A DNA stretch of 64,000 bases from positions 144,375 through 208,374 of IMG/VR virus record IMGVR_UViG_3300029945_000001, one strand, 5' to 3'. This document shows positions 39,527-48,706 of this stretch, one piece after another. A program made the translations under genes and the position numbers. Every line of letters starts with the position of its first letter. The first letter of the stretch is position 1. The notes under the pieces were generated by a model. The model did not search any database, was not told where the DNA came from, and was given only the letters and a program-made list of their open reading frames with translations.

Positions 39527-40828
39527 TTGCATACATACAGAGGGGATCAAATGCATATTAACAAACTCAATCCTGATGCTATTTTAAATTTAGAATCTAC
39601 ATCTACGTCTACTAAAGAGATCGTTAGACATGTTGGTTTTTGTAACTTAGAAGAATTATATGCTGGATCAAAAGAAGCTATTTGTTTAAATGAAATTCCT
39701 TTAGGAAATAAAGATTATGCACAACAGCGTAATCGTATGTTATTCTCAAGAAGTGGTGATTTGAGTTTTATTGCATCTTGTGAATGTGGGCATTATTTTG
39801 GTAATTATTATAAAGGACAAATTTGTAATATTTGTCACAGTGAAGTTATTGACGATTTCGCTGCTTATAACAAAATTCAACATAAAACTTGGTTATCTAT
39901 TCCACATGGTATCAAAGTACTTCATCCTATGTTTTATAAGCTTCTTACAAATTCTTGGTTAAAGAGTGGGTACCTAGAAGCAATTTTAAACCCTAATGCA
40001 CAATTACCTCCTGAATTAGAAATGCATATTGATGGACAAGGTTATGTTTATTTCTATGAAAATTTTGATAAGATCATAGATTACTTTGCACGTATCAATA
40101 GTGTTACAAGTAAGAAACCAATTACGAAAGATATTTTAGAAGTTATTGCAAAGAATAGAGATTTGGTCTTTACAAATAAGCTTCCTATTTTGTCTAGTGT
40201 TGTTCATTCTGTTACAAACGATGGAACACATGGTGGTCGTCAATTTGTTGATTCTGGATCTAAACTTATCCTTAATGCTGCTACTGATTTACAATGTATT
40301 TCAGATAGAGAAACAGTTCGAGTAAAAACATTATTGAAAACTATTTATGATGTTTATTCATCTTATATCAGTTATATCGATGAAATCATTAGTGATCGTA
40401 TTGGTGCAAAAAGATCTATTTTCAGAGGTCAGATTTTAGGGACTAGAACACACTTTTCTTTTAGAGGTGTTATTTGTCCACATGAAGATAAATATGATCA
40501 TTTGTACTTGCCATGGTCTATGGGTGTTAATACTTATAAAGATCACATTATTGGTAGATTAATTGATGATTACAAAATGGCTCCTGGAGATGCTGTTCTT
40601 AGACAACGTATCGCCTTGGTTGAATTTGATAAAGATATCAATGATATATTTATTAAACTTATTAACGATAGTCCATTTGAAGGATTACCAACGACATTTT
40701 GTAGACACCCTTGTTTAAAACGTGGCGGTGTTCAATTCTTGTATATTACTAAATTTAAAACAAACATACATGATAATACTATTAATATTGGTGTTCCTGT
40801 TAGTCATGTTACGAAGGACCCGAATGCA
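39527..40828 (+). CDS. Non-virion RNA polymerase beta-prime N-terminal subunit, exon 1 (phiKZ gp55-like)
   Basis: Zn finger CECGH..CNIC, GTRTHFSFRGVICP, RHPCLKRG, ends KDPN(A) right before the catalytic loop; ATG 39551 is the likelier start. Confidence 0.9.
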
Positions 40829-41214
40829 AAGTTAATTGGCCTACTTGAAAGTAATTTCAAGATAGAATTCTCCTTAATTGCGGGAAAACCTCGTTAAGCA
40901 TCATATACCAAACATCCCTCAGAAATGAGATATACAGGATGTGGCCAATCTAATCAATTGGGTATGGTAAAAACTATGATGATAGAGAAAGTCCGCAGCG
41001 AAGCTTCTACGGAACATCGGATGATGTGCTATGAAGAACGTTCAACGATCATGGGTTTATCACCCAGTAGACTCCCAAGTGGGAAAGAAATAGGAGATAC
41101 CCTACTCCAATTGGACAGGGTAAAGATATGATCTGGTCCACATAAAGATATGTGGCGGGTAGAACATACCGGGATATGAGAGAGATAACTTCAACGACAT
41201 ATCTGGACACAACG
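40826..41214 (+). ncRNA. Group I self-splicing intron without homing endonuclease (5' end 40826 or 40829)
   Basis: P AATTGCGGGAAA 40876-87, Q GTCCGCAGCGAAG 40991-41003, R GTTCAACGATCAT 41040-52, S AAAGATATGATCT 41122-34, P7 GATCA/TGATC, P9 ccacata-aaga-tatgtgg, terminal G 41214 before GAC TTT GAC GGA GAT. Confidence 0.9.
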
Positions 41215-41394
41215 GACTTTGACGGAGATGAGATGACTGGTAATCCTATCTTTGAAAATGAAGCTGCTCGTAAGTTCAGTGTTCTGCATCCAGCAAATCG
41301 TATTCATAATACAAAATCATTTGGTATTGCATCTGGCGTATCTTTGACATATCCTGTTCTGTCTACATTAAGTGCATTCTTGTCTTCTGATTAG
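41215..41394 (+). CDS. nvRNAP beta-prime N-terminal subunit, exon 2 (DFDGD catalytic motif; gp56.1-like)
   Basis: DFDGDEMTGNPIFENEAARKFSVLHP...; in frame with exon 1 after intron removal. Confidence 0.9.
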   Translation, partial: DFDGDEMTGNPIFENEAARKFSVLHPANRIHNTKSFGIASGVSLTYPVLSTLSAFLSSD

Positions 41395-41406
41395 GAGTAT
41401 AACCAT

Positions 41407-42018
41407 ATGTCATTTACTATGACACAGTTAGGTGCATTTCCTCTTGCTGGTAATCTTTTAGGTGGTGGCGGAAACGATGCCATTGTTAACAAGATCAATA
41501 ACTCATTTCAAAGTAATAACTTCTTTGGAAATATTCAAGACGATTTTACAAGTATTCGTAAATCCTTTGTTGATACAGTCATTCGTGATATTCGTATGTC
41601 TGAAGTTAAGTTCAATGAGGCCATGACTACTATCGATGTACAAGAAAATAATATCAAACCGTTAGAAACATTAGATGATCTTAGAGATACACCTTCTATT
41701 ATGTTCCATCCTATTATTACATATGCGCCAGTATTGAATCTATTAAAACAAGGAAGAATTAGTGGATTTGGATTTGATCCAGAACATATTGATGAAGAAG
41801 ATGTTTATGGAAGATTAATTAATAATGGTAGAGTTGATGATGTTATGGAAGCCATGGATGAAAATGGAATTGTTACATTTAAAAATGTTTGGTATAGTGA
41901 CGATCCTGTATTAACAAGAAGTGAATTAGATGCCATTGAACGAACTCGTGATTTTGTTGATACTGTTATTAGAGTAATGAAGTTAGATCCTACAAATCCA
42001 GATTGTGATTTAGGATAA
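41407..42018 (+). CDS. Conserved hypothetical protein of the nucleus-phage core block
   Basis: RBS aggag; 203 aa; YGRLINNG..DPTNP motif. Confidence 0.65.
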   Translation: MSFTMTQLGAFPLAGNLLGGGGNDAIVNKINNSFQSNNFFGNIQDDFTSIRKSFVDTVIRDIRMSEVKFNEAMTTIDVQENNIKPLETLDDLRDTPSIMFHPIITYAPVLNLLKQGRISGFGFDPEHIDEEDVYGRLINNGRVDDVMEAMDENGIVTFKNVWYSDDPVLTRSELDAIERTRDFVDTVIRVMKLDPTNPDCDLG

Positions 42019-42078
42019 AATTTTATGATGGGGATGGGTGAAAATCCATCCTCATTATAAACTACAAGGATGTAGAAA

Positions 42079-42471
42079 ATGGCAACAATTGTCATTCCAA
42101 CATTAGGACCAACTGGTTTATTAAAAACCGGTACCGATAAAGTAACATATATGTTGAATTATTTTTTTAGTATGAAGGCGGGTATTTCTGACTTATTTCC
42201 AGATCTATTAATTAGTAATCATGACTTATTAACTCGATATGAAAATACTCCTGATCAGTATGTAGCAAATACTAAAAAACAACTAATGAATGTTATGGCA
42301 AGATTATTTGGAGAAAATAACTATACAGTTGAAGTTACTTATAATGCATCAAGTAAAGTTGGATTTTATGATATTACTATTGAAATAATGTGGATCGAAG
42401 ATGGACAATGGAATAGTTTAACTTCTAATGTTAATATAACCAATAATCAAATAACCATGTCATTCACATAA
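42079..42471 (+). CDS. Conserved hypothetical protein
   Basis: RBS aagga; 130 aa. Confidence 0.6.
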   Translation: MATIVIPTLGPTGLLKTGTDKVTYMLNYFFSMKAGISDLFPDLLISNHDLLTRYENTPDQYVANTKKQLMNVMARLFGENNYTVEVTYNASSKVGFYDITIEIMWIEDGQWNSLTSNVNITNNQITMSFT

Positions 42472-42483
42472 GGGAGAACTAAA

Positions 42484-43095
42484 ATGTCATTTGATTTTAC
42501 AAGAGATTTATTAGCGAAACTCGGTGGACATAGTGCTGTAGATGAAATTAATAGTTTTTGTAAGACTGCTTTAAAAACCCTTGATGATATTTCAAAAAAG
42601 AATAATACTTTTACATTAATGCAGTTTAAAAAGTTTATGCCTATTTTTTATTCTAACAATAGTAATAGAGAAGATGAAAAATATAAAAAATTAGTGGAAG
42701 AATTTATGGATCGTAAAATAGATTTCTTTGAAATGATTTATGTTGTTGATAACAATGATCCCAATCTTGTTCTTTTCAGATTACCAAGATTATTTAGACG
42801 CCCTAAAGATACTGCCGAAAGAAGTAGAAATGATAGAATTGGTTTAAATGCATATGTTAATAAAACATCAAGTCAGATTCCTAGAGACTCAAGTGCCGCT
42901 TGGGGTGTTTTATATAGAGTTTTAGATAAAAAATTTAATGTAGATGGTATAGAGATTGAAGAAGCACAGAAAGAATTTATGGACTGTATTAAGTCTATTA
43001 GAGATTTTATTCAGAATGGTCCTCCTAAAGAGATAGAAGAAACAAAAATCAATGAACAAGATAGCACAGAATGGGAAGTCCCAGACGACAACTGA
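42484..43095 (+). CDS. Conserved hypothetical protein
   Basis: RBS gggag; 203 aa; LFRLPRLF motif. Confidence 0.6.
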   Translation: MSFDFTRDLLAKLGGHSAVDEINSFCKTALKTLDDISKKNNTFTLMQFKKFMPIFYSNNSNREDEKYKKLVEEFMDRKIDFFEMIYVVDNNDPNLVLFRLPRLFRRPKDTAERSRNDRIGLNAYVNKTSSQIPRDSSAAWGVLYRVLDKKFNVDGIEIEEAQKEFMDCIKSIRDFIQNGPPKEIEETKINEQDSTEWEVPDDN

Positions 43096-44233
43096 TTTTG
43101 GTATTATTAATTTAACTGATGTTCATTTAGGACATTATAAAACACCGAGTCAATATATCATTGATAATCTTTATATGTATTTATTTCCATTATTAAAACA
43201 AGAAACTACAAAACTTCTTTTGATCAATGGTGATTTTCTAGATACACTTTTGTATTTAAATCCTAGTGTAAATATCATTCTTGGTTTTATAGTTGATCTT
43301 CTTTATCGGTGTAATAAAGAAAGTATTGTTGTTCGTGTTGTGAGGGGTACATATTCTCACGATAGAAATCAAATGTCATTATTTAAATTACTGTATGATA
43401 AACACAAGTTTACAAACGATTTAAAATACATAGATAAATTAACATATGAAAACATCAATAGTTTAAATAGATCTTTTATCTATATACCTGACGATTTACC
43501 ATATGAGGATAGTTATGCTATTATAGAAGAAGTAAAGAATTTGCTATCTATTAATAACGTATCTCATGTTGACTATGTGACAGTTCATGGCAACTTTGCA
43601 CATGCTCTTCCAGAAAATATATCATTACCAAAGTGTACTTTTTCTGCTGAGCAGTTTAAGGATTTTGTTAAGAAAGCAGTGTTATGTGGACACATCCATC
43701 TTGTGTCTGTTTATGAAAATGTATACTTTAGTGGATCTTTTGATAGACTTGCTCATAATGAAGAAGAACGCAAAGGATTCTTTTATATATTAGATATGGA
43801 AAATGGATTTACTCCAAAGTTTATAGAAAATAAAAATGCTATGCCTTATATAACATTTAATATGATGAACATAACTGATCTTGATGATATCATTTCTGAC
43901 TTTGATAAAAGAATGGATAAGTTTTATAAGGATAGGTCTGTATATGGTTTTGTTAGAGTTATTCATAATTCAAAAGAAGTAAAAACTATATTAACAAGAT
44001 ATGTAAAACAAAACTACACAAATATTATCTTTACTTATAAAAAAGATAAAACAGAAAAAGATAATCAATTTAAGTTACATCAAATGAAAGAGATTAATAA
44101 AGATAGACCAATTCCAACTCCAGATACATTACCAAAGTTAATTCACGAAAGATTAAAACTAAAATCAAATATCGAATTATCCGAAGAAATGATACAGTCT
44201 ATTCTTGATAGTCTCGACGAACCATTAATTTAG
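43052..44233 (+). CDS. sbcD: SbcD/Mre11-like metallophosphoesterase nuclease
   Basis: TDVHLG, INGDFLD, RGTYSHD, TVHG, CGHIH, SGSFDRL. Confidence 0.92.
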   Translation: MNKIAQNGKSQTTTDFGIINLTDVHLGHYKTPSQYIIDNLYMYLFPLLKQETTKLLLINGDFLDTLLYLNPSVNIILGFIVDLLYRCNKESIVVRVVRGTYSHDRNQMSLFKLLYDKHKFTNDLKYIDKLTYENINSLNRSFIYIPDDLPYEDSYAIIEEVKNLLSINNVSHVDYVTVHGNFAHALPENISLPKCTFSAEQFKDFVKKAVLCGHIHLVSVYENVYFSGSFDRLAHNEEERKGFFYILDMENGFTPKFIENKNAMPYITFNMMNITDLDDIISDFDKRMDKFYKDRSVYGFVRVIHNSKEVKTILTRYVKQNYTNIIFTYKKDKTEKDNQFKLHQMKEINKDRPIPTPDTLPKLIHERLKLKSNIELSEEMIQSILDSLDEPLI

Positions 44234-44245
44234 GGGAGGTATTTC

Positions 44246-45118
44246 GTGTCTTATCAGTTTCCAGCTGTTAATAATACAGATGTATCCTCTAAATCTGGAG
44301 ATCTTATTCTTGGTGGTAGTATTGGAATTAATAAGATTCTTCTTTACTTTAGAGAAAATGCGCATAAAGCCAGAAGAAAAGAATGGGATTTATTCTTTGT
44401 AAACGTTTATACATTAGGAAGAAACTGTTTTAGATCAGGAATGAAGTTAGACGAATTTGTATTTGGAATTGATAATGAAATAGAGAAATTAACAACGTAC
44501 TATAGTGCTTATACACAAGCAAGAGAAACTAGAAAAGTAGGACTCATTTTTTACATACCAGATTATGAACATATTCCAAGATATTTACGATTAGAAAAAA
44601 CTGGACAGAAAAAAGAATTTGATGAACTTTATAGAGAATTGTTAAAAGCTCATAAGAAAACTAAATATGTAGATTTAACAGAAGATGAAAATATACAAAG
44701 ATTTTTAATAAATGTTCAAGATGCTGTATATCCACACAAAGCTCTTCCTCTTATAACCGGTAAAAAATTCGGTAATGTAGGAACATTATTACTATCACAC
44801 GTTGCTATGGATTATCATCTCTATAAGAGTTATAAGAACATCAATGTCATTGAGTCGCATCAAGGTAATATTTTAGAATATCAAGATTTTGGTAAAAAAC
44901 TTATCAAAGATGTAAGAGTACCGTTTAATACAATAACACATCGGGTATTTGGTGACAGTACTGTATTAAAACCTCTTCTAGAAAAAAAAGATAAGAAGAA
45001 ATTATTAGAAAATATCAAAACTAAAAATTGGTTTATTAGAACAGACTATGAATTGAAAAAGTTTATTTTAGAAACTACCTCTATTAAAGAGACCGATTTA
45101 GATTTTCTTAAATTATAA
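44246..45118 (+). CDS. Conserved hypothetical protein, possibly inactive 5'-nuclease/PIN-like fold
   Basis: GTG start with RBS ggggagg; LLLSHVAMD and VFGDS motifs; position after sbcD. Confidence 0.5.
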   Translation: MSYQFPAVNNTDVSSKSGDLILGGSIGINKILLYFRENAHKARRKEWDLFFVNVYTLGRNCFRSGMKLDEFVFGIDNEIEKLTTYYSAYTQARETRKVGLIFYIPDYEHIPRYLRLEKTGQKKEFDELYRELLKAHKKTKYVDLTEDENIQRFLINVQDAVYPHKALPLITGKKFGNVGTLLLSHVAMDYHLYKSYKNINVIESHQGNILEYQDFGKKLIKDVRVPFNTITHRVFGDSTVLKPLLEKKDKKKLLENIKTKNWFIRTDYELKKFILETTSIKETDLDFLKL

Positions 45119-45190
45119 TTTATGCTTAGTATACATGATATGTAGTTTTTTAACAATCCAAAAGACCTTTGACAAGGAAAGCCATCGATT

Positions 45191-45820
45191 ATGTCTGACC
45201 AAAAAAGCTATGAGCAGAAGCCCTTCGAGCCGAAGCCTTACGATTTTTCTCGCCTGGTCAATCTGCGAGGATCGGATAACAAGGATGCTTCTCTGAATAT
45301 TGGCGTCTATAACGGCAACGCATCCTTGGCCGTCATGGTCAAGAATGTTCAGGGCGGTCCTGTGTTCAAGTGGAATCTGAGCCGCAATGCCATGGTGGTT
45401 CTGCGCAGCAAGTTTCGTAAGCTGCTGGTAGAGCAGCATCCCGAGACCCACGAGACGATCAATCTCACGATTTATGATGACAAAGAAAAGAAATTCATGC
45501 CCAACGGGTGTGTTGTCATCGGTCGGAATGACAAGAACGTCTGTTATATCGCTGTTAATGGCCAGAAGGCTGAGCGGTTGCGGTTCAACATTCGGGCCAG
45601 TCTGAACTTTGAACTTCAAACTCCTATGGATGAAGTCGGCCGTTCAAACATCGGTGTCGAAACCATCATCGAACAGCTTGGTGCCGACATTCCTTATGCT
45701 GTTCTTCTGACCAGCTATAAGCGCGAATTCGCCGGCCAGGGCGGTCGCCCCAATAATAATACTGGTGGTAGTGGTGGTTATCAGAAGAGTGTTCCTCAGG
45801 AAGATATCTTCGGCGGCTGA
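45191..45820 (+). CDS. chmC: ChmC-like nucleus-associated nucleic-acid-binding protein (Whirly-type fold) with disordered tail
   Basis: Two beta4-alpha units, G/N-rich tail (GQGGRPNNNTGGSGGY), GC-leaning codons, directly upstream of the sigma-like nvRNAP subunit. Confidence 0.6.
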   Translation: MSDQKSYEQKPFEPKPYDFSRLVNLRGSDNKDASLNIGVYNGNASLAVMVKNVQGGPVFKWNLSRNAMVVLRSKFRKLLVEQHPETHETINLTIYDDKEKKFMPNGCVVIGRNDKNVCYIAVNGQKAERLRFNIRASLNFELQTPMDEVGRSNIGVETIIEQLGADIPYAVLLTSYKREFAGQGGRPNNNTGGSGGYQKSVPQEDIFGG

Positions 45821-45833
45821 TGATCTGATATAT

Positions 45834-45868
45834 ACAAGATGACCAGACTCAAAGTCTGGTCATCTTGT
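45834..45868 (+). terminator. Intrinsic terminator
   Basis: acaagatgaccagact-caa-agtctggtcatcttgt followed by gattttt. Confidence 0.8.
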
Positions 45869-45888
45869 GATTTTTCCTTCTTGTTTTA

Positions 45889-45901
45889 AAATATATATTA
45901 C
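45889..45901 (+). promoter_or_regulatory. Putative early promoter AAATATATATTAC
   Basis: Exact copy of 3411 and 53914. Confidence 0.7.
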
Positions 45902-45931
45902 TTTACAGAAGCATCGAAAGGGGATTTTCGT

Positions 45932-47551
45932 ATGTTAAAGATTATAAAGATTATTACCGAAACTGACCGCCCTCAATCAGGTATTGCTAAACTTGTTCAT
46001 GACTTTGATATCAATAATTCCGACGACGATGTGACGTTTCATATAGGCGGTTCTTATAAAAAATTAGTCTCTTATGATAAGCAGAAAGAAAATCATTGGG
46101 ATGAGTTAATGCTTCCGGCGAATGCTTTTCTCGAATCTTTACCAGAAGAATTTCAACGAGAAGTATTATTGTTCTTTATTAAAGCTAATCAGATTATTTC
46201 GACAAACATGTATGATCAAAAATCTATGAATGTTTCCCTGGAGGTTATTGGGGATCTATTAATAGAATTGTCAAATTCTAAGAATTCGAATATGAGTCTT
46301 CCTACAAGGCTTATTACATTTGTTAAAGAATCCGGTATCCCTGTTCCTAATCTCGATAAAGCTATGACTGAGCCACACCATACAAATTCATTAACATTTA
46401 AATATGTAGATTATGTTAATGTTATTGCTATTTCTGTTTTATGTAAAATGATTTGTCCTATTTGGGGAGAAATCATTCATAAGACAACATCTTTCATTTC
46501 TTCTGATATGAAAGAAATTTATTGTATTAAGATTTTAGACAAGTTATTAAGAACTAGTGAATTGGATACTATTGATTCTAAGTTTACAAACTATTTGGAT
46601 AATATTATTAATCGTCGAGATAACAATGATAGAAGTAAGTTTACAGCTTCTATCAGCGGATATTCTCCTGTTCGTGTTCGTAAGTTTATTTATGCTACTA
46701 TGCTTGTTAAGAAACTCATTAATATTGATCTATTAAAAGATGATTCTGATGTTATGAAATATATCGATACTTGTACAAAGAGTTCTTTCTCTGCTTTAAG
46801 TATGACAGTTAATCGTGGCAACAATGTCATGAGTAGAACAGAACTTACAGAATCTAGTGGTGGTGATGAAGAGTCTAATACAACACACCTCGAACATAGT
46901 TCGAAGGTATCGCAAATACCTGCTGATATTCCGATCATTATTGAGTATGGTGTTAATTGTCATATTGAAGCTGTTTGTAAGAACTACAATATTTCTTTTG
47001 ATATGTTTAGGGATGCTGTTAACTATTATCGGAATAACATTGTACAAGTTAATAGCTTTAATACCACTATTGCTGGTTTGATCATCGGTCCTATTATCGG
47101 TGGTGCAAAAGGGTTACAATATCTTAATGCAGATACGTTCTGTAAACTCATTGTTGTAACTCAAATTTATTTAGCATTGAGTGGAAAATCTGCCCTTGTT
47201 AATTTGTTAACATGTAATACACCGAATGATAAGAAAGATAGTGCATTATCAACGGTTGGCAATCGTATTAATATGAGTTATAATCAAACAATTGAGTATA
47301 GAAATTGTATTGCATCGTTTCCTAATTCTATTGGTGATAATTCTTTTGTCAATGTTATTAATAGTCTTAAAGATTTTATTATTCTCTATGATCACAAATA
47401 TAATACTGCTCCTATGTTATTCAAATTAATCAATCAGGATATTGAAAATGGAGAAGATGTTTATTATGACGATGAAGTTGTTCGTGATATTTGTAGAATA
47501 ATTTTACAGGTCAGGAACTCTCAAATGCCTGAAGAAAAGATCGAAGAGTGA
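45932..47551 (+). CDS. Sigma-like specificity subunit of non-virion RNAP (phiKZ gp68-like)
   Basis: 539 aa, all-helical, KMICPIWGE motif, early promoter, synteny. Confidence 0.65.
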   Translation: MLKIIKIITETDRPQSGIAKLVHDFDINNSDDDVTFHIGGSYKKLVSYDKQKENHWDELMLPANAFLESLPEEFQREVLLFFIKANQIISTNMYDQKSMNVSLEVIGDLLIELSNSKNSNMSLPTRLITFVKESGIPVPNLDKAMTEPHHTNSLTFKYVDYVNVIAISVLCKMICPIWGEIIHKTTSFISSDMKEIYCIKILDKLLRTSELDTIDSKFTNYLDNIINRRDNNDRSKFTASISGYSPVRVRKFIYATMLVKKLINIDLLKDDSDVMKYIDTCTKSSFSALSMTVNRGNNVMSRTELTESSGGDEESNTTHLEHSSKVSQIPADIPIIIEYGVNCHIEAVCKNYNISFDMFRDAVNYYRNNIVQVNSFNTTIAGLIIGPIIGGAKGLQYLNADTFCKLIVVTQIYLALSGKSALVNLLTCNTPNDKKDSALSTVGNRINMSYNQTIEYRNCIASFPNSIGDNSFVNVINSLKDFIILYDHKYNTAPMLFKLINQDIENGEDVYYDDEVVRDICRIILQVRNSQMPEEKIEE

Positions 47552-48687
47552 GTAGTATTATAAATTATATTTCTTTAGATCGAGATAGAAGTGTCCTCAC
47601 GGGCACTTCTTTCGGTTATACGAGAATGATAAGTGGATTTTATCAACCTACTATTGTTGGAGACCCATTAGAAATTGAAGCTGATCAAAATATAACATAT
47701 CCTAGTTTTATAAAATTAATAGAGTATGAATATCAATGTGGTAAAGCTTTTATCATTGAAAGACTGTGTTTTAAAGATGATAAGATGTACTATCCGTATC
47801 ATGTTAGTTTTCATGATATTGAAGAAGGTTCACATTCAAATGACTATATCTTTGTTAACCATATTAATAATATTCATAAATCAATAACAAATACAAAGTT
47901 TAAACATAATACTCCACTTAGAGCATTTTGTAATAAACTTGATAGTAATTCATATCAGATAGAAAATCAATATATGAAATATTCAGATTTTTATAATACT
48001 GTAAGCCAGACGTTTTATGATACGACTGCATTAACGAACTTTTTATATACAGAAAAACGTAATAAGAGACCTATTATGGATGATTATAATTGGTATATAT
48101 TTCCTAAAGTTCCTATAAGTGATACATTAAGTAATATTGCATTAACAGAACCTTTAACATTAGATCATTTTAAACAGAATGCTAATTATGGATTGGATAT
48201 GTCAGAGCTTCATAAATTTGATTTATACGACATCAGTAACAAAATGAATATTATTGTTAATGATAAACAATTTGACGATATCTTTATGATGTTTATATCT
48301 TTGAAAAGGGCATATACTGATTTGCATTATAACTATATATTACTTAATGGTAACGTATTTGTAGATGATAATCACGATAGCATTTGTATCGATAGACTTA
48401 ATAGAAAGTATCCTTTTAGAAATGCATATGGTCCTAAAGATGTACTTTCAGTAATTGTAAAAAAATTACTTAAGTATGCACAACACAATATCGATATCGC
48501 TAATAACATTAGTTGTTCTTTTATGAATAATCCATTATGTAAAATAAAAATTTGTATTCATATGACGTTTAACGACGAAGCTGTAATTATAGTTTATAAT
48601 GAAGAGAATGTACGTGATTGGTTTTGTATTTATTTTGATTTAGCTTTATTGTTATTGACAAGCTCTAATTTCATTCGAACCGTCTAA
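47548..48687 (+). CDS. Hypothetical protein
   Basis: GTGA overlap with upstream gene; 379 aa; no motif. Confidence 0.6.
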   Translation: MSSIINYISLDRDRSVLTGTSFGYTRMISGFYQPTIVGDPLEIEADQNITYPSFIKLIEYEYQCGKAFIIERLCFKDDKMYYPYHVSFHDIEEGSHSNDYIFVNHINNIHKSITNTKFKHNTPLRAFCNKLDSNSYQIENQYMKYSDFYNTVSQTFYDTTALTNFLYTEKRNKRPIMDDYNWYIFPKVPISDTLSNIALTEPLTLDHFKQNANYGLDMSELHKFDLYDISNKMNIIVNDKQFDDIFMMFISLKRAYTDLHYNYILLNGNVFVDDNHDSICIDRLNRKYPFRNAYGPKDVLSVIVKKLLKYAQHNIDIANNISCSFMNNPLCKIKICIHMTFNDEAVIIVYNEENVRDWFCIYFDLALLLLTSSNFIRTV

Positions 48688-48706
48688 TCCTTGGAGGGAC
48701 GAACTC

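Noticed and set aside
40829-40897. Annotated C-terminus KLIGLLESNFKIEFSLIAGKPR of the RNAP subunit and N-terminus of ORF 41152-41394
   Set aside because: Read-through into intron sequence; not part of the spliced protein.
40925-41131. 68-aa ORF inside the group I intron, a possible homing endonuclease
   Set aside because: Too short, no HNH, GIY-YIG or LAGLIDADG motif, and it runs across the ribozyme core (Q, R, S).
735-44233. sbcC and sbcD lying about 40 kb apart; atypical Walker A motifs in DnaB and RecA
   Set aside because: As I recall, these are the normal states in phiKZ-like phages, so not novel.
45113-45619. 168-aa antisense ORF over chmC
   Set aside because: Shadow of a GC-leaning gene; no supporting signals.
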